From Latescibacteria bacterium UBA6620 (GTDB lineage Bacteria; Latescibacterota; UBA2968), in contig DJHM01000038.1 in the NCBI GenBank assembly GCA_002433075.1, positions 4,075-68,074 of the forward strand: 64,000 nucleotides of DNA. The letters are read 5' to 3'. Under the pieces are notes generated by a model, which was not told where the DNA came from, did no database searches, and saw only the letters and a list, made by a program, of their open reading frames with translations. Positions within the stretch are counted from its first letter, which is position 1; each line of letters starts with the position of its first letter. Below are positions 46,570 to 57,744 of this stretch, piece after piece. Made by a program: the position numbers and the translations under genes.

Positions 46570-47587
46570 TCAGTCGGCCTGCAGCACGGCATCCTCGCGT
46601 GAGATCTGCTCCTTCTGCCATCCGTAGTACACATCACCCTCGTAGGAAACTTCGGGCGTTTCAATTGCCCACAGCTGCTTCCGGATCAGCCAGTTCTGAG
46701 GATCCAACTTGAAGGCCTCCTTTAACTCGGTGACGGCGGCCTCCCGCTCATCCTCCGTCATCGGCCTGATCTCGGTTTCCTTCGTCCCGAGCCACCTCTC
46801 CGGGAGGGTATTGGTTTCGGCCCACAAAGTCAGGTCTGCCAGGAATTCCTCGTCGACGATGTTCACCGAACCGACCGGCCTTACGAGTCGCCCCGCTTCG
46901 TCCAGGATGATCGCAACAGGCAAAAATTTCAGGCTGTAGGCCTTCCCGATCTGATTGTGTTGGTCCAGCAGGGCCCGATACATCCCGCCCGCCTCTTCCG
47001 CCCAGGGCTTCGCAACTTCTGCGCCCTGGGCATCTTGAGCGATGACCACCACTTCATCCCGATCGCCCTGGGTCTCGTAGAATCGCTTCCACCCGGGTAG
47101 CTGACCACGACACCCTCACCGGGAAGCCCACATATAGAAGACGGTCCGCCTCCCCACATAGTCCGTAAGCCGAACCTTTTCTCCTGTAAAGAGGTCTGGA
47201 AGTTCGAACCCGGGAGGGCAATCCCCCACCCCGAGTCCAACGGCCCCCCGCCTCAGTTTCCACGATGACGCGTGCTCCGTCGATCCTCCACGCAAAGTCG
47301 AGCGGCGAAGCAATGTGATCCAACCGAACGAAGGCCGCCGCCATCTCGAGCAAGTCACCCGCAGCGAGTGGAATGCACAGGTCACCCCGGCAGACAGAAA
47401 GCTGATCTTCCCCCGGAATCGGCTTTACCTCTGCTCCGGTCTCCGCACAGAACGGGTACAGTTCCACGTAGACCACTCCATCTTGATCGATCGCTCGCAC
47501 TGCGATCGACCGCCCGTCGATCGTCACATCGTAGTCCATCGTCGATCCTCTTCCCGGCCACAGAAACAATCCGGCTATCACGAACAT
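46570..47587 (-). CDS. candidate selenoprotein: secreted/anchored protein with TlpA/ResA-like thioredoxin-fold domain, TGA (47116-47118) at the redox-motif position
   Basis: ORFs 47116..47385 and 46570..47052 are one frame joined by TGA: ...GFELPDLFTGEKVRLTDYVGRRTVFYMWASR-U-GCRGQLPGWKRFYETQGDRDEVVVIAQD...KFLPVAIILDEAGRLV. The N-terminal part (ATG 47587, MFVIAGLFLWPG...) joins through a slip in the C6 run at 47244-47249. The gene sits between selB and selC. Confidence 0.6.
47067..47096 (-). promoter_or_regulatory. candidate bacterial SECIS hairpin
   Basis: The RNA CCGGGU GGAA GCGA UUCU ACGAG ACCCAGG has a lower stem CCGGGU/ACCC(A)GG and an upper stem GGAA/UUCU. The apical GCGA loop is about 29 nt 3' of the UGA. 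Confidence 0.3.
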
Positions 47588-47591
47588 CCAC

Positions 47592-49472
47592 CTACAGCAG
47601 GACACGCACATCTCCCTTCCGTTCCGTTACGCCCTGTGCGTCAAAGAAATTGAGCAACGGTACCGCGAACTTCCGAGAAGTGCCGACTAGATCGCGAAAG
47701 TCCGAAACACCGATTTCCCCACTGTCCTTCGCGAAACGAATGAGTTTCTCTCGGATGTCGGCGATCACCTCGGCGGCGAACCACATCGTGTCCTCCAGCC
47801 GCACAAGGTCTCCACGTGTGGCCATCGCATCCAGAATCGGCCCAACCTCGCTCAGGCCGGCTGCCGCTTCGAGCGCATCGAAATCGGGGGGCGACGCACC
47901 CGCCTCTCTTAACGCCTCCAGGATCGACTCCCGAGCCGTTTCCTCTTCAGGACCGAACGTGACGGTGTGGGTGGCCGTACGCAGTGCCGGCCCTTCCTTC
48001 ACCAGGCCACCGTCCGCAACCACAGCACCGATCACCCGCTGCAAGTAGTCTGAATCGTACAAGTCGAGGACCTGGCGCAAGGCCTCCCGGGACATCCCCG
48101 ACTGAAGGGGATAGGATGCGTGATGGCGCTCGACCAAACCGACCACCTCATCGCACAGCACCCCCCAACGATCCTTGCTGACATAGCCTCCGTCCGTACC
48201 GGGAACGCAGAGGGCGGCTCCCGCGGCGACGAGCGCGTTAAGGAGGTCGGAAACGATGTCGACAGAGACACCCAGCTCCGCGGCCAGGTCGGACGTCCAC
48301 GATATTTTGTACGGATCCCGTGTGAGGTAGTGCAGAAGTACCTGCTCCGGGTCATCCGCCTCCAGCTGTTCCACAGCGGCAATGACGTCAGGTCGTAGCC
48401 TTCGGTGCTTAGGGGGCTTTGCATCAAGCACAACCCCACCTCCAAGCGTCACAACGGGACTGAACCGGCGAATTACGAACCGGTCACCGCGTGCGGCCAC
48501 ACCGGGAGTTTCCAACCGAAACTGCACGAGGGCCGATTCACCGGGTGCGATCTCGTCCCCCTCGAGCACGATCACCCGGGCGAGCACACCCCGAGGACCC
48601 AGATGCAGGTGAACGCGAGCCCGATTCTTGACGGCGGATGCATCATTCAGCACCTGCAGACGGGCGTCGATCATATAGGTTGTCTCGAAGTGTCCCGGCT
48701 GCACCAGTAGATCGCCCCGCGTCACATCCCCCACGTCGACACCCGCGATGTTCATCGCCACGCGAGCTCCGGCGACGGCCTCTCCTACGTCCCGGCCGTG
48801 GGTCTGGAGGCCGCGGACCCGAACCGATTGGCCGTTCGGCAAGAGGTCGACGGTAGATCCGTACTTGACTGAGCCGGAGACGACAGTACCCGTCACAACG
48901 GTACCGAAACCACGTACCGAAAAGGCACGATCCACAGGAAGTCTGAAGATACCGCTGTCGGCTCGCTCCCCGACTTTCGCGACTTCCTCCTCGACAAGTG
49001 TTCGGAGCGTGTCAATCCCTTCCCCGGTCTCGTTCGACACCTGGACGATCGGCGCTTCGGCCAGAAAGGTTTCCGAAACCAGTTCCCGAAGCTCCTCGGC
49101 CACGAGTTCCACCCAATCTTCTTCGACCAGGTCCGTCTTGGTGATCGCGATGATGCCCCTCTCTACACGAAGCAGATTCAGGATACCCAGGTGTTCGCGT
49201 GTCTGGGGCATCGGACCGTCATCCGCCGCCACGACCAGGATCGCCAGATCGACGCTGCAGACTCCTGTCACCATATTCTTGACGAAGCGTTCGTGACCCG
49301 GGACATCTATGAACGTGACGTGGTCTTTCCAGTAGGCAAAACCGATGTCGATCGTCACGCCTCGCGCTTTTTCCTCAGGCAGCGTATCGGTATCGATTCC
49401 GGTGAGCGCTCGCACGAGCGCCGTCTTCCCGTGGTCGATATGTCCGGCAGTCCCCACAATCACGTGTCGCAC
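47592..49472 (-). CDS. selB: selenocysteine-specific translation elongation factor SelB
   Basis: 626 aa with the G-domain [20 protein letters not shown]...DVPGHERF and C-terminal winged-helix repeats. Confidence 0.92.
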   Translation of the reverse strand: MRHVIVGTAGHIDHGKTALVRALTGIDTDTLPEEKARGVTIDIGFAYWKDHVTFIDVPGHERFVKNMVTGVCSVDLAILVVAADDGPMPQTREHLGILNLLRVERGIIAITKTDLVEEDWVELVAEELRELVSETFLAEAPIVQVSNETGEGIDTLRTLVEEEVAKVGERADSGIFRLPVDRAFSVRGFGTVVTGTVVSGSVKYGSTVDLLPNGQSVRVRGLQTHGRDVGEAVAGARVAMNIAGVDVGDVTRGDLLVQPGHFETTYMIDARLQVLNDASAVKNRARVHLHLGPRGVLARVIVLEGDEIAPGESALVQFRLETPGVAARGDRFVIRRFSPVVTLGGGVVLDAKPPKHRRLRPDVIAAVEQLEADDPEQVLLHYLTRDPYKISWTSDLAAELGVSVDIVSDLLNALVAAGAALCVPGTDGGYVSKDRWGVLCDEVVGLVERHHASYPLQSGMSREALRQVLDLYDSDYLQRVIGAVVADGGLVKEGPALRTATHTVTFGPEEETARESILEALREAGASPPDFDALEAAAGLSEVGPILDAMATRGDLVRLEDTMWFAAEVIADIREKLIRFAKDSGEIGVSDFRDLVGTSRKFAVPLLNFFDAQGVTERKGDVRVLL

Positions 49473-50920
49473 GGAGTCTCCCGTTTCACACCCAATGCCT
49501 TGAGAACCGCATCGGCAATTTCAGCCACCTCTCCATCAGCCACCGTCCTCAGGTCAAGGTGCAGGACATCGTCACGGACGTAGCCCACAACCGGCGGATC
49601 GCTCGATCGCAGTCGGCGGGCGAACTCACTGGCCGACAAACCGGACTGGATCGTCACCGCAACACTCGGGATCGTCTCGACTGGCAACGCGCCGCTCCCG
49701 GCCTGCGCCGCAGACTCAACGATCTCTACCGTTCCGTCCACCTCCCCGATCTCTCTCGCAAGCAGGTTGGCCCTTTCCTTCACCCGGTCGACCGCCTCTG
49801 TCATCATTCGCATCACAGGATGTCGAGTCCGAAGGTGAGGTTCATTCAGAAACAGCTTCAGGGTCTCTTCGAGAAGGAGATACGTGATCTTGTCGCACCG
49901 AAGTGCTCTCATTAGAGGGTTTTTTCGGATGCGATCGAGGGCGTCCTTTTTTCCCACGAGGATTCCGCACTGTGGCCCCCCCAGCATCTTGTCGCCGCTG
50001 AAAGTCACCACATCCACCCCCGCACCCGCGCTCTCCGATACGATTGGCTCGTGGGGCAACCCGTATTCCCGCACGTCCTGGAGGACCCCACCACCCAGGT
50101 CGTGAAGGACCCCAACCTCGTGCCGCCGTGCGATTTCAACGATCTCTGGCAAGGCCACCTCAGCCGTGAAACCCTCTACCCGAAAGTTACTGGGATGTAC
50201 GGACAGCAGAAGAGCCGTCTTTTCCGTAATCGCCGCCTCATAGTCTCGTGCGTGCGTGCGATTGGTCGTCCCCACTTCGACCATCACCGCTCCGCTCCCG
50301 TCCATAATGTCGGGGATCCTGAATGACCCTCCAATCTCCACCAGCTGGCCACGAGAAACGATCGCCTCACTTCCTGCGGCGAGGGTATTTAGTGCAATCA
50401 GCACCGCCGCCGCATTGTTGTTCACGACTGCCGCCGCTTCCGCACCAGTGAGTCGACAGAGCAATGCGTCCACGTGATCGACGCGAGACCCGCGTTCGCC
50501 CGATTCAAGGTCGAATTCGAGGTTCGTGTAGCCCGATGCGATCTCAGCCACCCGCCCCACGGCCGCCTGCTCGAGAGGCGCCCGGCCAAGGTTGGTGTGC
50601 AGAATCACTCCCGAGGCGTTGATGACACGCTTCAGGTTCGGCGACAGAAGATCGTCGACCCGACGTTTCAGATCCTGCGTGAGCCAGACTTCCAGACCCT
50701 CTTCGGGATCGAATCCATCCGACAGAAGCTTCTGCCTCAGATCGAATGTCGCCTCCCGGGCAAGGTTGACCAGAACCCGTCGGTCGATTCTGGAAGTCAG
50801 GGAGGTGACCGCCGGTAGTTCCAGCAGTCGGTCGACCCCCGGAATCTGCGACAACAGGGACTGCTTGGATTCGGCTTTACTCACGATGAAAACCGCCTCG
50901 CTTCTTCGATTGAGCCACAC
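49460..50920 (-). CDS. selA: L-seryl-tRNA(Sec) selenium transferase SelA
   Basis: 486 aa with N-terminal [13 protein letters not shown] and PLP-fold [18 protein letters not shown]. It overlaps selB by 13 nt. The start is possibly a few codons downstream. Confidence 0.92.
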   Translation of the reverse strand: MWLNRRSEAVFIVSKAESKQSLLSQIPGVDRLLELPAVTSLTSRIDRRVLVNLAREATFDLRQKLLSDGFDPEEGLEVWLTQDLKRRVDDLLSPNLKRVINASGVILHTNLGRAPLEQAAVGRVAEIASGYTNLEFDLESGERGSRVDHVDALLCRLTGAEAAAVVNNNAAAVLIALNTLAAGSEAIVSRGQLVEIGGSFRIPDIMDGSGAVMVEVGTTNRTHARDYEAAITEKTALLLSVHPSNFRVEGFTAEVALPEIVEIARRHEVGVLHDLGGGVLQDVREYGLPHEPIVSESAGAGVDVVTFSGDKMLGGPQCGILVGKKDALDRIRKNPLMRALRCDKITYLLLEETLKLFLNEPHLRTRHPVMRMMTEAVDRVKERANLLAREIGEVDGTVEIVESAAQAGSGALPVETIPSVAVTIQSGLSASEFARRLRSSDPPVVGYVRDDVLHLDLRTVADGEVAEIADAVLKALGVKRETPCDT

Positions 50921-51094
50921 CTTCGCCCCGGGGCGGAATATTGTGTGCTAATCCTTTAAGAACCATGAAGATAGACAGTTTTTCTACCTTTTCAGGGGGT
51001 CTGGGTCGTCCTCCGAACACGATTACCTAATTTATCCCGAGCGACCCTGCCGCGCAATCGCCTTGTCCCCACAAAAGCGGCGCAAGTGGCTTAT

Positions 51095-51123
51095 TTGACA
51101 AGAATTTGGGCAAGTCCTATCTT
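51095..51123 (+). promoter_or_regulatory. candidate sigma70 promoter of the sugar-salvage operon
   Basis: TTGACA (51095-51100), a 17-nt spacer, then TATCTT (51118-51123). It lies inside the 5' end of track ORF 51086.., which argues that the real galU start is downstream. Confidence 0.45.
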
Positions 51124-51196
51124 CATTCGTCATCTGCGCGATCACCCGCAGTTCCCCTGCACGACCCCACTTCCACAGATCCGTCACGAGGATCCT

Positions 51197-52072
51197 TTGC
51201 GCATCTCGAAAGTCGTAGTTCCGGTCGCTGGAATGGGTACCCGTCTGTTTCCGACGACACGCGCCCTGCCCAAAGAGATGCTTCCGGTCGGACGACACCC
51301 GACAATTCAGGTTGTCGTCGACGAGCTCGTCGGGGCCGGCCTGATTGATCTCCTGTTCATCACCGCCCCATCGAAGAAAATCATCGAGCGTCAGTTCATT
51401 GACAATCTCGACGCGGGCACCGGAGCCGGTCCTGCTCTCACTTATTCATTTGCCGAGCAACAAACGCCGCCTGGCTGGAAAAAGCCCGGTGGAACCGGTG
51501 TAGCCATTGCGATGGCGGAGGCGTTCGTCGACGGCGACCCCTTCGTCGTGGCGTACGGCGATACCATCATCCGCTCCACGCACGAGCCCTCTTTTCTGCA
51601 TCGGATGCTGGATGCCCACAGCCGGGAGGATGCCGACGCCACGATCGCTGTTCGAGCGGTCTCCGAAAATCAGATTCCCGCCTACGGCATCGTAGAACCC
51701 GCCACCGGTCAGGACCCGCAATCCGATGCCTTCTGGATTTCGGATATCGTCGAAAAGCCCACCATCGAGGAAGCGCCCAGCAACCTCGCTGTTAACGCTC
51801 GCTATATCTTCGGCCCATCCATCTTCCCACACATTCATCGCCTGGGACCCGTGAACGACGCTGAGGTCGGTATTACGAATGCGATCCGTACCCTCATCGA
51901 AGCGGGAGGGAAGGTTCAGTGCGTACCGCTCGCACAGGGCGAAACCCGCTACGACATCGGGAACCACATCGGCTATTTCAAGGCCTTCATCGACTATGCA
52001 CTTGCCGATCCTGACTGCGGCGACGAGGTGCGAAGCTACCTGTCGACGGTCTGTGCAGGAGGCGACGAATGA
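51197..52072 (+). CDS. galU: UTP--sugar-1-phosphate uridylyltransferase (GalU-like)
   Basis: It has VVVPVAGMGTRLFPTTRALPKEMLPV near the N-terminus. The TTG at 51197 was chosen as the first in-frame start after the promoter. The track ORF begins at 51086. Confidence 0.75.
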   Translation: MRISKVVVPVAGMGTRLFPTTRALPKEMLPVGRHPTIQVVVDELVGAGLIDLLFITAPSKKIIERQFIDNLDAGTGAGPALTYSFAEQQTPPGWKKPGGTGVAIAMAEAFVDGDPFVVAYGDTIIRSTHEPSFLHRMLDAHSREDADATIAVRAVSENQIPAYGIVEPATGQDPQSDAFWISDIVEKPTIEEAPSNLAVNARYIFGPSIFPHIHRLGPVNDAEVGITNAIRTLIEAGGKVQCVPLAQGETRYDIGNHIGYFKAFIDYALADPDCGDEVRSYLSTVCAGGDE

Positions 52073-53631
52073 CCTCGATCGGTCTACTCGAAGCCACGGA
52101 ATGGAAGCGAATTCTTGAGAATCCCGACGCCACTTTGGAAAGCCGGCTCAAGGCCATTTACGGCCCCGATCCTTCCGTAGCCGAAGGCAGGCGCGCACTC
52201 CTGGAGACCGCCGTCGCGACCTTCATCGACCGGTATGGCGGGAATCGACAGGTTCTCATATCTCGGGCCCCTGGCCGGATCAACCTCCTGGGAAACCACA
52301 TCGATCATCGAGGTGGTTATCTGAACTTTATGGCCATCGACAGGGACACCCTGATGGTCGCGTCCCCGAACAGCGACGACACGGTACGAGCCTGCAACTC
52401 CCTCGAATCCCGGTTCGAACCCTTCGAATTCAGGATCGGCGAACTCCTTCCCGTCGAAAAGCGAGGTCAGTGGCACTCGTATATCGAAGAAATCAACATC
52501 CCCCCCCGCATCTGGCAAAACTACGTCCAAGCCCCCATCCTCTATCTCCAGGACCAGACAGACCGGGAACTCACCGGGATGGACGTCTGCGTGCACGGAG
52601 ATGTTCCCATCGCTGCCGGACTGTCCTCCTCCTCCACGCTCGTCGTCTCTGCCTTCCAGGCGTGCTGTGTCTTCAACCAGATCGACATCACACGGGATGC
52701 CCAAGCCGAATTCTGTGGAGCAGCTGAATGGTACGCAGGCACCCGCGGGGGCTCCGGCGACCACGCCGCGATGCTCTATTCTAGGCGCCAGACCATCCTG
52801 CAAGTGAGGTTTTTTCCCCTCACCACGACTGAGGTCCCTTTCCCAGAGGGCTATCGGGTTGTCGCGTGCAATTCACTCGTGGAACACGCGCCGCCCGGGA
52901 TCTTCAACGAACGGGTGGCCACCTATGAAATCGGCCTGATGATGCTGCGTAAGACCCACCCCACCTCGCTCGCCGAGGTCGAACACCTTCGTGACCTCGT
53001 TCCGGACGGTCGCGCCGCCACCCTCGAGTTTTACGAGATGCTGAAGGGTCTGCCCGAGCGGGCCACCCGAGACGAGATCCTCGGTACTCTGCCCGGAGAA
53101 GAGGATCGATTGAGCACGCTCTTCGCGCCACACTCGGAGCCCGAGAGGGGCTACCGCATCCGACAGGTTATGCTCTACGGTGTCGCGGAATGCGCACGGA
53201 GCGCGAGAGGTGCCAATCTGCTCTCCGCTGGAAAAGTGGAAGCCTTCGGCGACCTGAAGAGGCTGTCCCACGACGGAGACCGGCGTGTGCGGATCTCTCC
53301 CGATGGGACTCCATCTCCCGTCGACAACCGCGTCACCCAGGAAACGATCGACCGCCTCATCTCGACCGAGGCCGAGATCTACGCCCAGCCGGGGGGTTAC
53401 GACTGCAGCTGCGAGGAGCTGGACCATCTCGTCGACCTCGCCCAGAGTGTGGCAGGGGTCGTGGGAGCCGGGCTGACCGGGGGCGGGCTCGGCGGGTGTG
53501 TCCTCGTTCTCGTGAAGGAGAACTCGGTAGACGAATTGATCGATGTCCTGAAGAATCGCTTCTACGATGCACGAGAACTCGAGAGCGATATGCTCGTTTG
53601 CAGCAGCGTAGAAGGTGCCGGGATCCTGTAG
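52069..53631 (+). CDS. GHMP-family sugar kinase (galactokinase-like, 520 aa)
   Basis: Galactokinase signature RAPGRINLLGNHIDHRGGY and GHMP motif PIAAGLSSSSTLVVSA. ATGA overlap with galU. Confidence 0.8.
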   Translation: MTSIGLLEATEWKRILENPDATLESRLKAIYGPDPSVAEGRRALLETAVATFIDRYGGNRQVLISRAPGRINLLGNHIDHRGGYLNFMAIDRDTLMVASPNSDDTVRACNSLESRFEPFEFRIGELLPVEKRGQWHSYIEEINIPPRIWQNYVQAPILYLQDQTDRELTGMDVCVHGDVPIAAGLSSSSTLVVSAFQACCVFNQIDITRDAQAEFCGAAEWYAGTRGGSGDHAAMLYSRRQTILQVRFFPLTTTEVPFPEGYRVVACNSLVEHAPPGIFNERVATYEIGLMMLRKTHPTSLAEVEHLRDLVPDGRAATLEFYEMLKGLPERATRDEILGTLPGEEDRLSTLFAPHSEPERGYRIRQVMLYGVAECARSARGANLLSAGKVEAFGDLKRLSHDGDRRVRISPDGTPSPVDNRVTQETIDRLISTEAEIYAQPGGYDCSCEELDHLVDLAQSVAGVVGAGLTGGGLGGCVLVLVKENSVDELIDVLKNRFYDARELESDMLVCSSVEGAGIL

Positions 53632-53633
53632 TC

Positions 53634-55112
53634 ATGAGAATCGCCATCGGTGGTTTGTATCAGGAGTCCCATTCCTTCTCCCCGGCCCCCGCCGATCGTG
53701 GTGCCTTCGAGGGGGGTAGCCTGCTGTATGGAAGGGATCTGATCGAGGAACTGGCAGGTCTGAATCACGAAATCGGCGGCGCACTGTCCGCAGCCGTCGA
53801 CCACGAGGCCATCCCCCTCCTTTACGCGGCAACCGGCGCGTCCGGAATGCCCGTCCGCCAATCCGTCCTTGAGGAATTTGTCGGGGACTTTCTCCAACGA
53901 CTCAGCGCCTCACTGCCGGTCGACGGGGTCTACCTCGCAATGCACGGCGCAACCGCCGGCGAGCACCTCGATGACCCCACCGGCCATCTCTTCTCCCGTC
54001 TACGCGAACTTGTCGGGCCAGACGTTCCTATCGTGGCCTCCCTCGACCTCCACGCCAACGTCACCAAGGAGATGGTCGACGCCTCCGACGCACTGGTCGG
54101 TTACCACACTGCCCCCCACATCGATCAGGGCGATTCGGGCGCCCGGGCAATGCGCGCCCTCATCCAGGCGATGGAGGGCACCAGGCTGAGCACGGCCCTT
54201 CGGCAGATTCCGATGGTCGTGCCGGGAGAGAACGGCCGCACGACCGAAGGACCCTACGCTGGCGTGATGGACCAGGCGATCGAGCTTGAAGATGAGGAGG
54301 GGATCGTCTCGGCATCGGTTTTCTGTGTCCAACCCTGGCTGGACCTTCCAGAGATGGGCTGCTCTACCGTGGTCGTCACACAAAACGACCCCGAGCGTGC
54401 ACAGCGGGAGGCCGATCGTCTGGCTGAAATGCTGTGGTCGCGCAGGAGAGACTTCACGCCTCATCTGGTATCTGCGGACGATGGCATCGACCGTGCGCTG
54501 GCTGATACGGCGGGGCCCTACGTGTTCTCCGATGCTGCAGATGCTCCGAGCTCAGGCGCGCCCGGTGACAGCACCGTTCTGATCGATGCCTTCCTCCGTC
54601 GGGGCCTGCAGGAGACCGTCCTCTTGAACATCCTCGACCCTGATGCGGTGAGTTCCGCGACAGCTGTAGGTGTTGGAAACCGAGCAGTTTTTACCCTTGG
54701 AGCCTCACTTTCTAATACCTTTTACGGACCGGTCACGTTCGATGCCAGGGTCCGCACGCTGTTCGACGGCAGTTTCCGCTTCAAGGGCCCCGCTTTCAAG
54801 GGGGTCGAGTTCCATATGGGCCGAACCGCTGTCTTGGTCTCCCGCGGGCTTCACCTAGTTGTGATGGAGCAGCCGATTCTGCAGTGGGACCCTGAGCTGT
54901 ACCGCTGCGTGGGGCTCGACCCAGCGGATGCCAAGATCGTCGTCGCTAAATCTCCCGCAGCGTTCCGTGCGGGGTACGAACCCTTCGCCGCACAGATACT
55001 CAACATCGACTGCCCGGGCGTTTGCAGCCCGAATCTGAAGTCGTTTCCCTGGAAACGAGCCGGTCGACCGCTTTTCCCCCTGGATGACGACGCTTCGTTC
55101 GTCGTCACCTGA
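53634..55112 (+). CDS. M81-family metallopeptidase (MlrC/DUF1485-like)
   Basis: Internal Met (codon 149) of ORF 53190..55112: [19 protein letters not shown]..., 2 nt after the kinase stop. The upstream 148 codons are an Arg-rich overlap frame. Confidence 0.8.
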   Translation: MRIAIGGLYQESHSFSPAPADRGAFEGGSLLYGRDLIEELAGLNHEIGGALSAAVDHEAIPLLYAATGASGMPVRQSVLEEFVGDFLQRLSASLPVDGVYLAMHGATAGEHLDDPTGHLFSRLRELVGPDVPIVASLDLHANVTKEMVDASDALVGYHTAPHIDQGDSGARAMRALIQAMEGTRLSTALRQIPMVVPGENGRTTEGPYAGVMDQAIELEDEEGIVSASVFCVQPWLDLPEMGCSTVVVTQNDPERAQREADRLAEMLWSRRRDFTPHLVSADDGIDRALADTAGPYVFSDAADAPSSGAPGDSTVLIDAFLRRGLQETVLLNILDPDAVSSATAVGVGNRAVFTLGASLSNTFYGPVTFDARVRTLFDGSFRFKGPAFKGVEFHMGRTAVLVSRGLHLVVMEQPILQWDPELYRCVGLDPADAKIVVAKSPAAFRAGYEPFAAQILNIDCPGVCSPNLKSFPWKRAGRPLFPLDDDASFVVT

Positions 55113-55152
55113 TTCAGAATCCACATCAACGCGCAACACGAGAGGAACAGGA

Positions 55153-56217
55153 ATGCCAGAAGCAAACATCGCCTCGATCCGGGACCATCTCGGCAGTGAG
55201 GCGGACAACTTGCTCAACCACAACGCCATCGTACCATCCGACGGGCTCACCCTGCCCGGCCCGGATTTTGTTGAACGGGTCTTCGTCGACTCCGACCGCC
55301 CCGTGCAGGTCCTCAACAATCTGCAACGACTTTACGGCACGGGACGCCTCGCCGATAGCGGGTATGTATCCGTCCTGCCCATCGATCAGGGGATCGAGCA
55401 CTCCGGCGGCGCCTCGTTCGCGCCCAACCCGATTTATTTCGACCCGGCGAACATCGTGAAACTCGCGATCGAAGGTGGATGCAACGCCGTGGCCTCGACC
55501 CTCGGCGTCCTCGGCATCGTCGCCCGTCGACACGCGCACCGTATTCCGTTCATCCTGAAGTTCAACCACAATCAACTGCTCACCTACCCCAGCCAATACG
55601 ACCAGGTCTTCTTCGCACAGATCGACCAGGCCTGGAATATGGGCGCCGCAGGCGTTGGGGCGACGATCTACTTCGGCTCGCCCGAAGCGAATCGCCAGAT
55701 CACGGAAGTGAGCGAGGCGTTTAAGAGAGCGCACGAATTGGGAATGTTCACCGTCCTGTGGTGCTACCTCCGGAACAGTGCCTTCAAACCGGCGGACATC
55801 GACTATCACGAGGCCGCCGACCTCACGGGGCAGGCCAACCATCTGGGCGTGACCATCGGGGCGGACATCATCAAGCAGAAGCTGCCGACGAACAACGGAG
55901 GATATCCTGCGGTCGATTTCGGTCGCACTCACGACAAGGTCTACAGCGAACTGAGCAGCGGCCACCCGATCGATCTCTGCCGCTACCAGGTGGTGAACTG
56001 CTATATGGGTCGTGCGGGATTGATCAACTCGGGTGGCGCCTCGTCAGGGGCCAGTGACTACGCAGAAGCCGTCGCCACCGCAGTCGTCAACAAGCGGGCT
56101 GGCGGGACCGGGCTCATCTCGGGGCGAAAAGCTTTCCAGCGTCCAATGGACGAGGGCATCGATCTCCTGAACCAGATCCAGAACGTCTACCTATGTGAAG
56201 ACGTCACCATTGCCTGA
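55153..56217 (+). CDS. fbaB: class I fructose-bisphosphate aldolase (DhnA/FbaB type)
   Basis: 354 aa from [23 protein letters not shown]..., near-colinear with E. coli FbaB ([61 protein letters not shown]). Confidence 0.9.
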   Translation: MPEANIASIRDHLGSEADNLLNHNAIVPSDGLTLPGPDFVERVFVDSDRPVQVLNNLQRLYGTGRLADSGYVSVLPIDQGIEHSGGASFAPNPIYFDPANIVKLAIEGGCNAVASTLGVLGIVARRHAHRIPFILKFNHNQLLTYPSQYDQVFFAQIDQAWNMGAAGVGATIYFGSPEANRQITEVSEAFKRAHELGMFTVLWCYLRNSAFKPADIDYHEAADLTGQANHLGVTIGADIIKQKLPTNNGGYPAVDFGRTHDKVYSELSSGHPIDLCRYQVVNCYMGRAGLINSGGASSGASDYAEAVATAVVNKRAGGTGLISGRKAFQRPMDEGIDLLNQIQNVYLCEDVTIA

Positions 56218-56232
56218 CATCCACACACACAA

Positions 56233-56274
56233 ATAAAGAGGGCTCCCGAACAAACGTTCGGGAGCCCTCTTTAT
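56233..56274. terminator. bidirectional rho-independent terminator
   Basis: A 19-bp perfect inverted repeat ATAAAGAGGGCTCCCGAAC / GTTCGGGAGCCCTCTTTAT with a 4-nt loop, flanked by T/A runs between convergent genes. Confidence 0.8.
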
Positions 56275-56291
56275 TTTCTCTTGAACGCCGT

Positions 56292-57015
56292 CTACTTCTT
56301 CCTGCGACGTCGTCGTTCGCGCTTCTTGGGCTTTGGCGTAAACTTCTCGACACGCTCTGTGATCGTATCGGCGGTATAGGGCTTCACGATGTAGTCGTTC
56401 GCCCCCTCCTGCACAGCCTCAATGAGGGTTTCGTTATCCGTCAAGGAAGTTAACATCACGCCCGGGATGTTCGTAAGCATCGGGTTCTCGCGAATCTTCT
56501 TGAGCGCCTCGATCCCGTTCATTGCCGGCATCATAATGTCGAGCATAATCATCCCGGGCGGCTCTTTCCTCGCGAGGTCGTATGCTTCGTAGCCGTTCGT
56601 CGCCTCGACAGGGACGTAGCCAAGTTTCTTGATGACGAAACAGAGCGCGCGCCGGCTGGCGATCGAATCTTCGGCCACCAGGATGCGATTCGAATCGATC
56701 GGCGCCGCTGCTTTCTCCTTCAGGGCATTCCCACAGTTGCTGCAGAACTTTGCCCGGCGGAGGGTTCTTGGCGTCGCATTTAGGACGCGCGATCGGCTCC
56801 GCCGATACTTCCTCGGCCTTAGGAGCCGCCTCCACCTTAGCCCCCGGAGTGATTTCGATCGAGAAGGCTTCCCCCACGTGGCGGGCTGGCTCGAGGATCA
56901 TCCCCAGAAGCTCATTGATCGTGTCATCGCCGAATCCGAAGAACTCCCTCGCACGTTGATCCAATTGCTCCCGAAGGTCTGTGCCTTCGTCCTCGAGAAG
57001 CACGGATACGAGCAA
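56292..57015 (-). CDS. zinc-ribbon + receiver-domain response regulator with basic tail (frameshifted as read at 56749-56751)
   Basis: The N-terminal ORF reads ...RPKCDAKNPPPGK. After a slip in an A3/T3 run it continues FCSNCGNALKEKAAAPIDSNRILVAEDSIASRR...DIMMPAMNG...VKP...KKRERRRRRKK. Confidence 0.7.
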
Positions 57016-57033
57016 GCTCGATAGGTTGATGAC

Positions 57034-57717
57034 CTAAAGAATCGTTTTAATTCCGCGGGCAGGAGTCTTGTCAGCTTCGTAATAGTGGTGGCTCAGTACG
57101 GCGTCGCCCAGAAGCTTTGGCAGTTTCCACTTCCGGAAAAGCAAAGCGCCGATTTTCGCGTGGTCGACCCCGATTGAATCCTGCTCGGCCAGAACCATAT
57201 GGGTACTCTGGCCTTTGGAAACCCCGAGCGCGGAACCGTATTCCAGTGGCTTATACTGCACAAAGAACAGAACACCGATGTCCTGGAGCAGACCGACCGT
57301 AAAAACGTCGGCAGGCAAATCCGAAGGAAGTTTCGAAGTGATCGCTGCGGCAGCCACCCCGTGACAGATGGAGCGCTCCCAGAATCTGGCGTGATCGAAC
57401 GGGCCGCCAGCTTCCGTGAGGAAGTGAGAAATGAGGTCAAGGCCGACGCCAAGATTGCACATCTTTTTATAACCGAGAAGCTGGATCGCCTCTTCGATGG
57501 AGCTGGCGGGAGCTGCCAGCTTGTAGAAGCCGGAGTTGACGACCTCCAACATCTTCTTGGAGAGTTCGGCGTCCGACCCGATGCGGTCTGCGACATCCTT
57601 GACCGGCACGCTCAGATCCGACGTCAGCTGCGCGATCTCCGCCGCCGTCGAACTGAGCTTCGGAAAGTCCGTTGCCTAATTGATCAGGTGGACGACTTCT
57701 TCATCGGTTAATGCCAT
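57034..57717 (-). CDS. HDOD domain protein, in-frame TAG at 57676-57678
   Basis: MALTDEEVVHLIN*ATDFPKLSSTAAEIAQLTSDLSVPVKDVADRIGSDAELSKKMLEVVNSGFYK...VDHAKIGALLFRKWKLP. The residues between the TAG and the track ORF start match the HDOD N-terminus. Confidence 0.65.
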
Positions 57718-57744
57718 TTCGTCTTCTCGCTCCCACGTGGCTGT

